This document shows, in pieces, positions 12,722 to 25,921 of a stretch of DNA of 64,000 bases. Position 1 is the first letter of the stretch, and each line of letters begins with the position of its first letter. Origin of the DNA: Lytechinus pictus (taxonomy: Eukaryota); the NCBI RefSeq assembly GCF_037042905.1, contig NC_087250.1:23376001-23440000 (forward strand), given 5' to 3'. The position numbers and the translations under genes are program-made. The notes under the pieces are model-generated. The model had not been told where the DNA came from. It ran no database searches and saw only the letters and a program-made list of their open reading frames with translations.

Positions 12722-13913
12722 CAGTGGCGTAACTACGGGGGGGGGGGGGGGGGGGGGGGCATGGGGGGGCACGTGCCCCCCCAATCGGCTGACCAAAAAA
12801 AAAAAAAACGGGGAAAAGGAGAAAAAGAGGGAGAAAGGAAGAGAAACGTAGTGGGAAAAAAAGACATTATTGTTCATTATAATGTTATATTATTTCATAA
12901 TAATATGTTATGTTATATTACATAAGAAACATTTTTCATAACTTAATGAAACATAATTTGCTCAGGGCCTATGTTTTCATTGCTCCTGATGCTCGCATTG
13001 TCTGTTTACCGAGATATATAACCCTGATAAAAACTAAAACCTCCCGTTTTCAAGTCAATATATACCAAACTGCCAAATATATTTCCTCGCACTTCGAGTT
13101 ATTGTTTTATGTACAATAGTATGCTTCTTTTTCATGACTAAAGTGATTGCCCCATTTTAAGGTCTTAATATAAAACATTTCCTGTCCGTGCTTACGTTAG
13201 CAGTAGCGGATTGGTGAAATATGTCTGCTCTCAATGAATTCCTAGAATCAGTCCTTAAAATGTTCCTTTTTCTGATCTGAATATCAAAAATTTTCACCTC
13301 GCGCTTCGCGCTCGCACCGTTTGGTTAGTGAACTACGTATGGTCTTCGTGAATTCCTACAAACAAGCCTTAAAATGCCCCTCTTCATGTCTGAATTTCCT
13401 AAATTTTCAGCTCGCGCTTCGCGCTCGCAAGATTTGATTAGTGAGATGGGTATGTTAATCATGATTACAAGTGCTTTATGTGCATATGTTTAGATGTAAT
13501 TCTAACAAAATCAGCAAGCGCTTATTGGCACTCGCATTAGATGACTATGGTGAGATGTGTATACTCTTAACGGATTCCTAAAATATAGTCCTTAAAATCT
13601 TCCTGTTTGGGGTCAATATTTACAAAAATTTCAGCTCGCGCTTCGCGCTCGCATTATTTAGCGAGACAGGTACGTATCATGATTACAAAATAATTTTATA
13701 ATGTCCTTTTTTAGGTCTGAATATCAAAAAATTTAAGCTCGCGCTTCGCGCTCGCATTATTTGACCAGTGAGATACATATCCGTTTAATGGCACTGTCCT
13801 TAAAATGTCTCTATTAGGTCAGTATACCTGGCAACTGGGCGCGCTGCGCTCACTAAGTGACTCAAAATTTTTGCTCGTGCCCCCCCAATGCCGTGACCCA
13901 CGGAACGCCACTG
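12722..13913. mobile_element. Non-autonomous hAT element with internal tandem array
   Basis: TIRs CAGTGGCGT / ACGCCACTG; perfect 8-bp TSD TCTCCTTC; internal ~105-115-bp units containing AAATTTTCAGCTCGCGCTTCGCGCTCGCA. Confidence 0.92.
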
Positions 13914-14494
13914 TCTCCTTCCCTTACCCTTACCCCTGCCCCTTCACCCCTCCATTGTTTGCATTCCTATTTTCCCTTATTTCTTTCCTTTTGCAAGTCT
14001 TTTTGTGTATTTCACCTGCTCCTCCCTTCTCTCCCCCTCCCTCCCCCCTCCCCTACTTTCTCCTCCCCCCTTAATGCTCCTGCTCCCCACCTGCAATATC
14101 CCCAAACATCCAACTCAATCCATGATACATGGTAACTGGCAACGTTTGGCAAACATCACGAGCAGGGAGAAATGATCCGAGAATGTTTGCTGATGACTTC
14201 ACGTTTGTCACTCCAATCGGTATCATTCATACAAACATACATTCATCAATAGGAAGATGAGACACAGTGTCAATACAGGTAGTCATAACAGTGTATTGTG
14301 ACTGTGGACTTAAATGTGTGCTATATCTTTTCAAGTGCTTCTCTTTCCATTTGGGATATTTGATCTGTAAGACATAGGCAGACCGTCTCCGTCGCTCCTT
14401 AATCACGTTTCTAGAATTAAAGTCTTTTCAGATGAATGTCTTTGGCACGATTGCCATATCAATAGCGTGGCTCCCAATAAGGCATTCTAGTATT

Positions 14495-14885
14495 ACTCTG
14501 CAAAACATATGGCAATTTTCAAAGTAGGTATTCTAATGAAAATACAAAACAGTTGGTCAACAAATTTGACCAACAAGGGTCATTAAAACAAAAGTCTTGA
14601 CCAACTCATTGTAAAAATCATGGTCAACTATTGATCAAAACACCACCAACAGACCAATTATTGGTCAAAATTCTGAGCAAATGTTGATCAAAACACCAAC
14701 AGATGGACAACATTTTGACCAGTGATTGGTCACAATTTTTACCCAACCCTCATCATTGGTCAAACTTTGGTAGAATGTTACATCCAATAAGTGGTAAATA
14801 ATTAAATAAAAACAAAAAAAGGCAATGCAAGTAGTTGAGTTGAGTTGAAATTGAATGGAAGTCAAATACAAATTTTACACAGAAT
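14495..14885. mobile_element. Probable degraded MITE rich in TTGGTCAA/TTGACCAA
   Basis: Many inverted TTGGTCAA/TTGACCAA motifs; weak terminal inverted similarity (ACTCTGCAAAA / TTTTACACAGAAT). Confidence 0.4.
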
Positions 14886-15527
14886 CAAAGGACTTTCACT
14901 TGATTTTTGGATTTATCTCTGATATGGAATCAAACCTAGGTTTCTTGCAAAGCCCAGTATGTGCTTCAAAATTCCACAATGCAAAATCACAAGCGATAAC
15001 ATCACTATTCATATACCCTGTGATCATGTAGGCATTTCTTGAGTGAAACACAAAATACCTCACAAAGAAGAGAAGTCATCGACCAGCAAAACGGCATGGA
15101 TATTGAATTCATTCCATATTTCATCTTTTTTTAACAACGGATCATTTTTAAGTAGTCTTGGATGCAAGAGACAGAGGGATATCGATTTCAACCCATTCAA
15201 GTTAAGTATCTGCAATACATGAAGATGCTCAAAAGACCGCATCCTTCTGAAATGTTCATTGCTGGGCTGTTCCAAGGCAGCTTAGAAAAAGATGCATTTT
15301 AGAATTATGGCATTGGAGCAAAGCTTATATTGCCTGAGACTGTTTCTCTCTCTGAAAATTTCTTACAAGCACCCCCCCCCCTAAAATACCCCAAATATTA
15401 TCACCTTGAAAAAAGAGGGCATTTATCAGATATGAAGGACATAGACAGAAGAAGGCACGTGCCCCCCACCCCCTCTCCCCCCCCCGAAAAGCAAATGATT
15501 ATTACCCATGAATGAAATATAAGCCTT

Positions 15528-15613
15528 TCACTTACCTGATAATGAAAGTGTAGATGAGATAGATCCAGGCAGAATGGAAGGAAAAGAAAAGAAACACAAA
15601 ATATGGATTAGAA
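15528..15613 (-). other. Candidate recursive splice site (zero-length exon) RS-3, junction 15536/15535
   Basis: Minus strand reads TTCTAAT-CCATATTTTGTGTTTCTTTTCTTTTCCTTCCAT-TCTGCCTGGATCTATCTCATCTACACTTTCATTATCAG|GTAAGTGA. Branch-like A at 15608; no other AG in 15538-15624. Confidence 0.75.
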
Positions 15614-15829
15614 TAATGTAATAACTATTATTTCCTTTTTCACATCAAACGGAAGAATAAGAGGGGGTTTTTCAGATTTTTTCTAACCTTATTCTTTCTT
15701 TCTGTATTTAGCTAGCATTGTAAAAATAAAAATTGAATACGTCTTATACAACCTGATCATAATGTTTATTTAATATATCATCACTCTCATATAACTTTGC
15801 ATCGAGATGTATCTATCTCTTCTGAGGCT

Positions 15830-16060
15830 GAATGGGTTGGTACTGTTGCTATGACAGCGCCACTACAAAGTTCATGGGTAATCGCCGCTCTAGCGTGAGG
15901 GCGTTAATCCGTGTCCGGGGCCGGCTCTGATGTCGAGCCGGGCGCGGATATCAAAACGTGATGACAGGCAGGTCTGTCCTTGGATTTTAGCGCCAACCGA
16001 GCGAGGATGATCACAGAGACAAGGAAATTTGATGACTCGATCATGTTAGAATCCTAATCA
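15830..16060. promoter_or_regulatory. CpG-rich unique island, candidate cis-regulatory module
   Basis: CpG-dense in an AT-rich background; X-box-like GTTGCTATGACAGC (15845-15858); TAATCC/TAATCG motifs. Confidence 0.35.
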
Positions 16061-16124
16061 GAACGTATAATGTAATGTAAGTAGGTCTAGTTATGGTGTG
16101 TGCCTGTCAGCAATTGCAATTTAA

Positions 16125-16517
16125 AGGTAAATTCCAGTTCTGGTAACGATCTCAAATTGACTTTTTACAGAATCTAATATAATGACCACCCAAGTGTCTG
16201 TTTGTATAAATAAAAAATATGTGCCAAAGGATTCTGGAAGAAATTGTGTAATTGCTGAGAAATAAGCAAAATAAGCGCGGATTCGGTCACTTCCGTCGGG
16301 TCTTTATTCCAGCAATTATAATACACTGTCCCACGTGTGCCTATCTGTGTTGGCGATCTTCAGTGTGATCGTATTTCAGCTTGGATTTTATGATTTCACA
16401 AAGTTCAGTTTATGTAACTGTACCAGATCTAGATCCTCGATGATATACTGACAATTAAGCCTGGTTTACAGACTTTCTCATGAAATCAGTGTTTACTGCA
16501 ACTACTGGCATTTCTCT
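16125..16517 (+). mobile_element. Kolobok-like (TTAA-target) non-autonomous element
   Basis: TTAA|AGGTAAATTCCAG start; near-identical inverted copy at 56402-56795. Confidence 0.85.
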
Positions 16518-17920
16518 TGCTTTTCAAATTGTCTTCAATTAAGAACACTTTAATATGAGACACTGCAAAGCGTTCGTTGTCAAAATTAAGATGCAATTGC
16601 CAAAATAAGTGATTGTCAAATTGCTATTACTCTTAATTAATCTATTTTGGTGGTAGTTTGAGTTTGAAGATGGCATTTTTAATTGGTGAAGGTTTTTCAA
16701 ATCAAATACAGATTGAAATCACGTCTGGAGTGTCGCAGTGCAGTAAACTAGTATAAACCATTTCTGATGTATATCTATCATGAAGTTATTTTTCTTATTA
16801 TTATATCTGTCACTTTTGAGTATCTCTTTCTATTTTATAATTTGAATTCAAAGGTGATGTTACCCCAGTGAGCATTCGCTTACATTGATTAAGATTGAAG
16901 TTATTTGAATCTGGAATGATGAATGAATGATTCAATTATCTTAAATCGCTGCCCTAAAATGGACCCTCATTAGTTGCCCAATTGTTAAGCCAAGCCAGGG
17001 AGTTGGGAGGTTGATTCATTCCAGTAAATCACTCACATGCATTATTTATCCAACGAGATGTATATTTCTTTTAACTGTAGAATTAAAGCTATCAGCTTAC
17101 CTCTGAATGCATTCCAATATAAATCTGTTTTGTTGTCCAATGATTTGGATTTTATTGGATTTTATTTCTATCTATTCGATTCTCTTCAGTCCCCACTCTC
17201 CTGACCCCTTCCCCTAAAAATAAATCCTCTCTCCTTCCCTCCTATCAAACTTTCTCACTTCATAAAACCTTTGCCATATACAGGCCTAGATATCAAGTGA
17301 AGAAATTAACTTCAATTTCACACCTTAGTGGAAGGAGATTATCCTCCAAGATTCTCTTAATCCTACCCAATTTCAAGCCTTTATGCACTGCTAATTGCAG
17401 ACACAGAGCTGATCCAGCATAAATGTTGAATTTCCCTCAAGAAATTGGAAACAAGTTATTTCTACTTTTGCTTAGACGGGAATAAAGCTATTTAAGAACA
17501 CGGAGATGAAATAGAAAATGTTAATATTCAAGATCTAAACTAGGAACAAACAACGATTACAGATATGCACGTTGTGATGCCTCAGAGGAAGGAACCTGCA
17601 TAATTGAAACCATAAGGAATATTAAGATATCAAAATATCAAAATTATAGTTGAAATTATGTTCAACTACATTGCAGATAATTATTGATACTGGTGATTTT
17701 TCTCAAATAACTAGACTTTCATTTAATACAGGGAAATGCTTATTGCCATCATCTCCAACAGAATAATTGTAAAGTAACTGGTTGATATAAATAAAGGACT
17801 GGAAAATATCCATGTACACAATAGAAGAAGCATTGCTGTTTTGAAAAGAATGTACCACAAGCATAAGACAGAATATTCTCATACATGCAATTGAAGGAAA
17901 ATGTGTCCATGGCACACTAA

Positions 17921-18587
17921 TACCCTTTTTACACAGGATTTTCTTAGCCCCGGACTATCGCTAACCCCGTACTTTCCTTAACCCCGTACTATTTTTTTTC
18001 CTTTTCACACATGCCAAATTGTTATTGCTAACCCCGGATAAGGAATGCTTGCTTTTCACACACGAAACATGACTAGTGGTAGCTCATGAATATTCACGAG
18101 CGCACTGAGGGGTCATTCGGGTCATATCCAAAATCGCGCGCGCTTTAAATACATTTGTCGATCATTCGTAGTACAAGTACTTCACTCGGAATTGTTTATC
18201 GACTATACAATAGACCTAATTACGTTATTTGCTTGATTCTCATCACCGTGTTCGCTGTCATGAATATTCATTATGCTTACCTCTGATTGGACAACAGGGC
18301 CAGCTCTGTTGCGGGGCATGAAAGGGAGCGCTTAGCCCACTTTCGTTTTACACTAGCGATCTTAACCTCGTACTATCGCTCTTAGCACCGCAATTGCTGG
18401 GATAACCCTGTTTTTTTGCAGGGCCAAATAATCCCGTACTAAAGGTGGGGTTAGACCACTTTGCAAAAATGCTGTGTAAAAAGAAAGTGGGCTAAGCTTA
18501 ACCCCGTACTATAGGTGGGGCTAAACGGCAATTTAGCCCCACCTATAGTACGGGGTTAAGGAAATTTTAGCGTGTATAAAAAGGGTA
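17921..18587 (+). mobile_element. PIF/Harbinger-like non-autonomous element
   Basis: TIRs TACCCTTTTTACAC / GTATAAAAAGGGTA; TAA TSD; many TAACCCCGTACT subrepeats. Confidence 0.9.
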
Positions 18588-18705
18588 TAAGGGTTAAAAA
18601 GCCATCCTTGGGAGTATGAACACAGTTTTCTCCACATACGTTTTGAATGAAGCGTCCTTCGACCAATCTAACACTAAATACTTGACAAGTCTTATTAGGT
18701 GAGCT

Positions 18706-19116
18706 GACCAGTCCAAATATTATCCTCCATAAAGCCGCAAAATACCAAACACCCTAGTCTAAACAAGACTGGGGAGAAGGCCGGTGTTCAAGAACATGTA
18801 AAGCCTGTTCACACTAATGGATCTCAAATTTAGACCAGTCCAAATATTATCCTCCATAAAGCATCATCTAAACAAGACTGGGGAAAGGGAAGGCAAGTGT
18901 TTAAGATCACATCAAGCCTGTTCACACTAATGGATCTCAAAGTCAGACCAATCCAAATATTATCCTCTCTAAAGCATCGTCTAAACAAGACTGGAAAGGA
19001 GGAGGCCACTGTTCAAGAACACACAAAGATTGTTTACACTGCAATGGATCCAGAATTTAGGCCAGCCCGCATATTATCCACTTTCTAAAGCCTAGTCTAA
19101 ACAATATTGGGGAGAA
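18706..19116. repeat. Minisatellite, ~114-bp unit, ~3.6 copies
   Basis: Units start GACCAGTCCAAATATTATCCTC at 18706, 18833, 18946 and about 19060. Confidence 0.9.
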
Positions 19117-19476
19117 GTCGACTATCGTCAGTTTGCCACTATTTTAACTACTATGGTAACAGGGCTCAACAGCCAATCAAAAATTAAGGTTTGTTTGGTA
19201 GTTACAATATTAATTAAAAAATCTTTGTAAAACGGATCCAAAAAGTCTCCATAATGAGTGTCCACTGCACAACTAATTCACAAGCGCAGATCCTTTCTGT
19301 AAATTTTCTTTTTATTTATTTATTTTTTTTATAATTCAACTAAACCATACTCCCCCTCTCATTAGATGGAACGAGGGAGAAAAGTTCCTACATGTGCTAA
19401 AAACATTTTTTTACTGAAGACTTAAGGTCAGGCAACATACTGAGTCCTGTTTATCATCTCAGCAGTAAGCTTTCTT

Positions 19477-19490
19477 GTTGCCATGGAAAC
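19477..19490 (+). promoter_or_regulatory. RFX X-box motif
   Basis: GTTGCCATGGAAAC matches the RFX consensus. Confidence 0.4.
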
Positions 19491-20090
19491 ATGTTGTTCC
19501 AGCTCCCTTACCACTGCTGTTGGTGGAGCTAGTCTTGTTTGGAGACAATGCATAATTTATCATCTCAAGATTTTCTTTGATCGCAAAATCATGCAAATGT
19601 TAAGTTGAATATTTAGAAAGATAAATAACTGACAGACATTTTGAGTTATTTTCCCCAGAAATATCATCAAAATAATCATTGTAAAATTTGATGCCTGAAT
19701 GTTCTCTTATTCAGAATTCTACAAATTCATGTAGTTTGAAGAAAGCAGATTCAAGACATTTTGACAATTTGCCTTGATACAAGGCTATCAATCTGGATCA
19801 GCAGGTGCAAGACTTTAATAGCGACTCCTCATTAGTGCATAATTGGAGGAGAAAAAAACTCAGATCATTCAATAATAGATATATTACGACCTTATTGCAT
19901 CTTCCATTCAGAGTGTTTGGATAGGGGATTTGTGTTCCATTTTTTATATCTTGCCATTTTCTATCTTTCTTTTGATTTTGATCAATTCATTGACTCATCC
20001 TTTTCTCTTTTTTTTGGGGGGGTGTATCATAGCTGGATAGTTGTTTCAAGAATTAAACAAATGATGATAATGTCTTAAGTTTGTTTTCTT

Positions 20091-20523
20091 TTTGCAAAGT
20101 GGGCTAACCCCACCTTTAGTACAGGATTATTTGGCCCTGCAAAAAAGCAGGGTTATCCCAGCAATTGCGGTGCTAAGAGCAATAGTACGGGGTTAAGATC
20201 GCTAGTGTAAAACGAAAGTGGGCTAAGCTTAACCCCGTACTATAGGTGGGGCTAAATGGCAATTTGGCCCCACCTATAGTACGGGGTTAAGGAAATTGTA
20301 GCGTGTGTAAAAAGGTACGAGTGAAGTACTTGTACTACGAATGATCGACAAAAACCACTAGTCCGGGGTTAGCGAGTTTCGTGTGTGAAAAGCAAGCATT
20401 CCTTATCCGGGGTTAGCAATAACAATTTGGCATGTGTAAAAAGGAAAAAAAATAGTACGGGGTTAAGGATAGTACGGGGTTAGCGATAGTCCGGGGCTAA
20501 GAAAATCCTGTGTAAAAAGGGTA
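20091..20523. mobile_element. Rearranged copy of the 17921-18587 element
   Basis: Four segments of the element in mixed orientation; both termini point rightwards (ending 20317 and 20523). Confidence 0.85.
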
Positions 20524-21666
20524 AAGGAGAACATTAGCAACAATCAGTTTTCCCCTCTTTTTTCATTTTGGGACTATATTCTTCATAGACAAAAGAGTAG
20601 GTTTTTTTTTCGCAATTTCATTTGCCCATCCTAATCCACCCATTAGCATGCCCCCCTACACCTCGTTTTTGCAAATTACAGGTGCTGTTACATGTTTAAT
20701 CAAGATCCAACATTTAGCAAGCAGTCATGGGTCATACATCACCGTCCCTTCTAAATTAAGAAAGGGGGGGGATAAAGCTACTATTGCATTTTCGCATGTT
20801 AACCCCTCTTCTACGACAATGACTAATGCCCTGTCTCACCAACCTTCATCTCACACATGAAAGCTTGATCAAGTGTAGCCCTAGTTACATCATGATAAAA
20901 CATTGGAAATAAGGCAATGGCATGTATCAATCGGGAGTCTGTTTGAGCTGGTGAAGCTCCACAAGAATCAGAATTCTCAGAAAAGGGCTAGACAGTGCCA
21001 ATCACACACGGCAACAGATAATCAAATGTGATCAATTAAGTATTCATAATATTGATATTAATGCCATTAAATGAAAGTCCCCTCATTGTCATATCAAACA
21101 ATGCAAAGAATTCCCCACCGACCGATGATTGATTTTTCCATTCATGCGCAACATATCCAATTTCACCTTTTCTTCCTTGATCAAAATAGTTAATTAGTGA
21201 TTGACCAAATATTGATTTTAAAATCTAATGCATGAAATGAAAAGCTTGGATTGCTGTCACTGAATTCCACATGTCGAAGGTTGATGACCTCAATCTATTG
21301 TAGTTTTCATTTGATGAGGTCATGGGACCAAAGATTCTGGCCATGTACATTTCAATTGTAGGGTTTTAGTTACAAAAGTGTTCTGGGGAAATATCAGGGG
21401 GTCTTATTGAATAGAAATAAGAAGTCGTTTGGCTGAAATAAGTAGATTGCAAACTGCAAAGTAATAACTTGCAAGAAAGAAAAGAGGGAGGAGGGGGCAT
21501 ATTCCAAAGTCCGAAACAATCAAGAAAATTATTGACCTTCTTGAGAAAAAAATAACTGAGTGATAGATTTTGATAAAATATTTATAGAATATCATATTTC
21601 AATCTTTTCCTTTCTCTCTATTTCTCCCTTTTTCCCATCTGTAGCCAGTGATTCAAACATTTCAAT

Positions 21667-22142
21667 AGGTGGTTTCAGACCGCCTCGAAGTTCGTCAGTT
21701 CCAGGTATTCTCTGATCGGGAAATTTACCCCGATCAGAAAATACCAGGTATTTTGGTAATGTGAAAGCAAACTACGCATAATTTCCCCGAAAGAAAATAC
21801 CCGCTAAATAGTAGGTACTTGGCGAAATTACGAGAACTTTCGCGGGGATTTTTCCAAGGTCGCAGGTATTTTGGCAATGTGAAAGCAATTTACGGGAACT
21901 TTTAGCCCAGCGTGTCGTTGGGCGCGGGCGCCGTGTGTGGCTGCTGGGCTAGTGGTTTTGAATCTCGCGCCTTGCCTGCTTATTAGACCATACTGCGCAT
22001 GCTCCTAACGTCAGGAATTTATCCCGAAGGGTATGTTTCGGGGCGGTCTGAATGCAGGAATAATTAATGGGTATTTTTTAGCCTAAAAATGTTCTCGTAA
22101 TTTAACGGGGATTCTTGTGATCGAGGCGGTTTGAAACCACCT
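21667..22142 (+). mobile_element. ~476-bp PIF/Harbinger-like MITE, copy 1 of 3
   Basis: TIRs AGGTGGTTTCAGACCGCCTCGA / TCGAGGCGGTTTGAAACCACCT; 3-bp TSD AAT. Confidence 0.92.
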
Positions 22143-22821
22143 AATGTATTGCATACTTTTTGTTTGTTTGTTTATTTACTGTCATACAGAATGGGTGTGA
22201 ACTGAACAAGCCATCAGCTGATTAGATTAGATAAATCAGCATCATTTTATTGTATTTGAACAAGACCATGGAGGTTTTCAAAATCAACACCTGCATCTGA
22301 AAAAAGGATTTCTAGGGAAAGACAGTCATAGAAACTAGTATTTACAGAAATTACTGATGGTCAAAGAATGTCTACAGTTGAGACAGATTATATGATTTTC
22401 TTTGTTTGTTCCACGGAGATATAATCGGCTGTAGGGCAATCAAGCCATATAAATTCCAGTGGCATTTTGACTGGACACAAATAAAAATGCTTGAGATATC
22501 TCCAAAATTGGATGACCAAATAAAATGACAAAGGGACACGAATGTTGCAAGGACAAAAATATACAATTAAAGTCTAGTTTTTGAAAAATTCTTAGAAAAA
22601 ATAATCAGCATATTTGTACATAGAATCAATCAAATAGATAAATGAACATGACCTTGATTATGTTGAATAACACTGATTTAGACAAAATTTAGTTATGAAT
22701 ATTTACTAGTATATTAAAAATCTTTCAGATGACTTCCAAAGAAATTGGATCCATGACATAATGAACTTAGGATGTGTTGAATTAGATTTGAGCAGGCATC
22801 ATTGAAAAAGAATGTAACTTA

Positions 22822-23629
22822 GGCTGCGTTTATGCGACCTCAAGCCAGAATCATGATTTGAATCATGATTTGAATCATGATTCAAAACACAAACATGAAT
22901 CACGATATCACAGAATCAGCGTTTAGACGACCTTCATTCCAAAGCTGTTTCTCCTCAGATTCGGGCCAATCCAGTGCGCATCACTAGTGCGCAGTTTGAC
23001 AGAGGAAGTTTTTCGCACGTGTTTCGGCTCTCGAAAAATATTTTGCTTCCAGAATTCAACCTAAGTTTACTTCTATCATATAGGGTCCATATGCTTCTAT
23101 TCATCTTGTTAGTTAATCCAAAATGGTGTTCGGAAGTGAATTTCAGCGTAGATCCAATTTAATATTGACACTCTATACTCAACAACAACTGAGATCATTG
23201 TCTGTCCAGTTAATTCATTTACTAGAACTTGAAGTTGAAGACATGACCAAAAAATGAAAAGTAGTGGACGATGCGAAGACCAACACAGAATTTGAACATG
23301 ACAAGAAATGCATGCAATGTAATCATGTACATACAATGAGCACATAGAGAGCCTTGAGCTTGGCAAGAGTCAAACCGAAAGCCGTAGCCCGACACAGTGG
23401 GGTCATATAATCATGATTCAAATCACGATATCGTTTATTCGAACATTTTCGTACGTGATTCTGCAGAAACGTCTTTCCAAACGCCCCTTTTTTCGTGTTT
23501 CATGTTTGTGATTCTAATCATGATTATATTCAATTTCGACTAAACGCAATCGTGATTCTGCAGAATCATGATTTGAATCATGATTCGAATCATGATTATA
23601 GGGTAAAAAAGTGGCGGATAAACGCACCC
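22822..23629. mobile_element. PIF/Harbinger-like non-autonomous element
   Basis: TIRs GGCTGCGTTTAT / ATAAACGCACCC; TTA TSD; tandem palindromic AATCATGATT repeats near both ends. Confidence 0.88.
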
Positions 23630-24204
23630 TTATTCAGTGCTTTCGTATTTGCGATTCCAAACTCGAAAGATGTTTATTACTTTGATTTTTCAACAGATGA
23701 CAAATTTCATGAATGCAGTTTGACTTCAACAACATGTTTCTAGGGCAAAAAAGTATTAAATTATTGGAGCCATTTTTAACATAGACTATAAAATGTGAAA
23801 GGACAATACATTGAGAATCAAGAACTTTATAAAAAAGCAATGTCTGTTAACAATGAATTTAAAACCTTTGTATACACAATCAACTTGATTATCCCCAAAT
23901 ATCACAGGTTATTGGGGCGATGGAAGGAGGAGGCGGAGCTGTTAATCTGTAAACAACATTAAATTGGCAATAGAGGTATAAAATGAGTCCCTTTGTCAAC
24001 AGAAAGGTAGCAGTAATGTAGTAGGGATGTGTCAAGTCATAAAAACGTGTTTGGATGAGATAATAACAGGTGAGATGGGTTTCAGAGAAGAAAAAAAACA
24101 CCCACAAAAATACAGTTATATGGATAAAATAGGAAAGAATAGAGATATGTAGAAGACTAAATTAGCTAATAGGGAGTTAAGTATTAAAAATGAATCACAT
24201 TACA

Positions 24205-25132
24205 ATTATAAGCCAAGTTTAGCCCTGAAAAGGTTGATGTGAACAAATGAATGAAAATAATAATTGGCATTTATATATTCCGCCATCTATCTAAAAATAT
24301 TATATTCCGAGGCACACGAGAGAAAAGAAAGAATAAGAGGGTTTGGACAACCATAGCACTAAAATTTCATTAAAATTAGATGTAAAGTAAAGCATGGACC
24401 TGGGGCCCGTCTTACAAAGATTTGCGATTGATCCGATCAATCCCAACTATGGAAAGCCAGCAAAGTCAACGTATAAAATGCATGTTTGTTCAAAAAAATT
24501 CTAGATATGAATGTATATCCATAAATTCATTGATTTCTTGACAATTTGGTGTGTTCTCCTTTTTTACAAAGGACATTTTGCAAATTTCCTGTGGAATAAA
24601 ATTATGATACTGATGGATTTCCATAGAGTTACGATTGATTGGATCAATGGTAACTCTTTGTAAGACGGGGCCCTGGTCCATGAGTATAGTTTTCACATTC
24701 TAGAGTTTTGCCCCCAAAAAGTTATATGCACAATGAGGGTGATATATATGCAAATGGAAGAAAACCATGTTCATTCTTTTTTTTTTTTTTTTTTTTATTA
24801 CATGAAATGAAAATTCATGTTTTTCACTTTTGTTGGTTCAAGGATAAAGCAAGCTCTTGAATGTATTGTAAGTTAAAATAATGGTGATTCCACATGTTCA
24901 CTGTACATTGAAATATTCTATATTTCAAAATGAATTAAATATAGTGAGTTATGTCTACCAAATTGCTGTCCTTATTATTTACATGTTCCCTGTATTATGC
25001 CTATCACTGTTTTGCAAAATTAAGTAGAAATTTAGGATGTCATTACTTACTTATTTTACATCCACTTTTTTAAATCAAATTAAGCGAAAGTAATTTGTTT
25101 AAACCTTTTTTTTTTAAAGCATTGATCCTTTG
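24205..25132 (+). mobile_element. Old Kolobok-like element interrupted by nested insertions
   Basis: Subterminal inverted motifs AAAATTAGATGTAAAGTAA / TTATTTTACATCCACTTTT; interrupted at about 24256-24345 and 24393-24682. Confidence 0.5.
24403..24672 (+). mobile_element. GGGCCCGTCTTACAAAGA MITE
   Basis: TIRs GGGCCCGTCTTACAAAGA / TCTTTGTAAGACGGGGCC; CTG TSD; family copies at 58469-59000 and 58542-58810. Confidence 0.9.
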
Positions 25133-25583
25133 ATGGAATTTTAAGTGCCATGCTCTTTGATTTAATTCCCACCAAATGAATTAGGTATTCTTGAGTTTAG
25201 GGGAAAATCCCATCCAGAGACTGTACCCCAAGACAACTGTCTCCCATATCAGAGCAGGCATTGAACTTGTAAGTTATGTGTCATATCATTCTAGGTATTG
25301 GAGCAATGCACCATCAAAGGTTATGATAGCCCCCATGAACCGGTATCAGGGTGTATATATTGCACCTCTTCTTGCCCCACCCTCTTGAAAACTGAAACAA
25401 GATCTGACAAAAATGTTTTCAAATTACAGCTTGTTCCATGAGCTTGTTCCTACAGGACCAATAGTAAATTTGTCATATTCATCAAATTTTCACTTAAAAA
25501 ATGAACAAAAACACTATTTTTTGTAGTAATTTTCTAAAGCCAAATAATTCAAATTCCTCAGGGGTGTTATAACAACATAGACT

Positions 25584-25657
25584 GTAGTAGTACAAGTAGT
25601 AGTAGTAGTAGTAGTAGTAGCAGTAGTAGTCATCATAGTAGTGGTAGTAGTAGAAAC

Positions 25658-25728
<71 letters not shown>

Positions 25729-25771
25729 AAGTAGTAGTAGTAGTTGTGGTAGTAGTAGTATAGCAGTAGTC

Positions 25772-25855
<84 letters not shown>

Positions 25856-25921
25856 ACAGCAGCAGTAGTAGTAGTAGAAGTAGTAGTAGTAGTAGTATTA
25901 GTAGTGGTAGTTGTAGTTGTA
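25584..25921. repeat. (TAG)n microsatellite
   Basis: About 340 bp of GTA repeats with few interruptions, followed by an AAT/AAC-rich tract. Confidence 0.97.

Noticed and set aside
15536..15573. Hydrophobic peptides from the RS spacers (SAWIYLIYTFII, IAVLPLLLNLFAFI)
   Set aside because: T-rich sequence translates as hydrophobic by composition, and there is no AG acceptor to open such exons.
17095..17106. Minus-strand CAGAG|GTAAGC
   Set aside because: The upstream sequence is A-rich on the minus strand, with no acceptor architecture.
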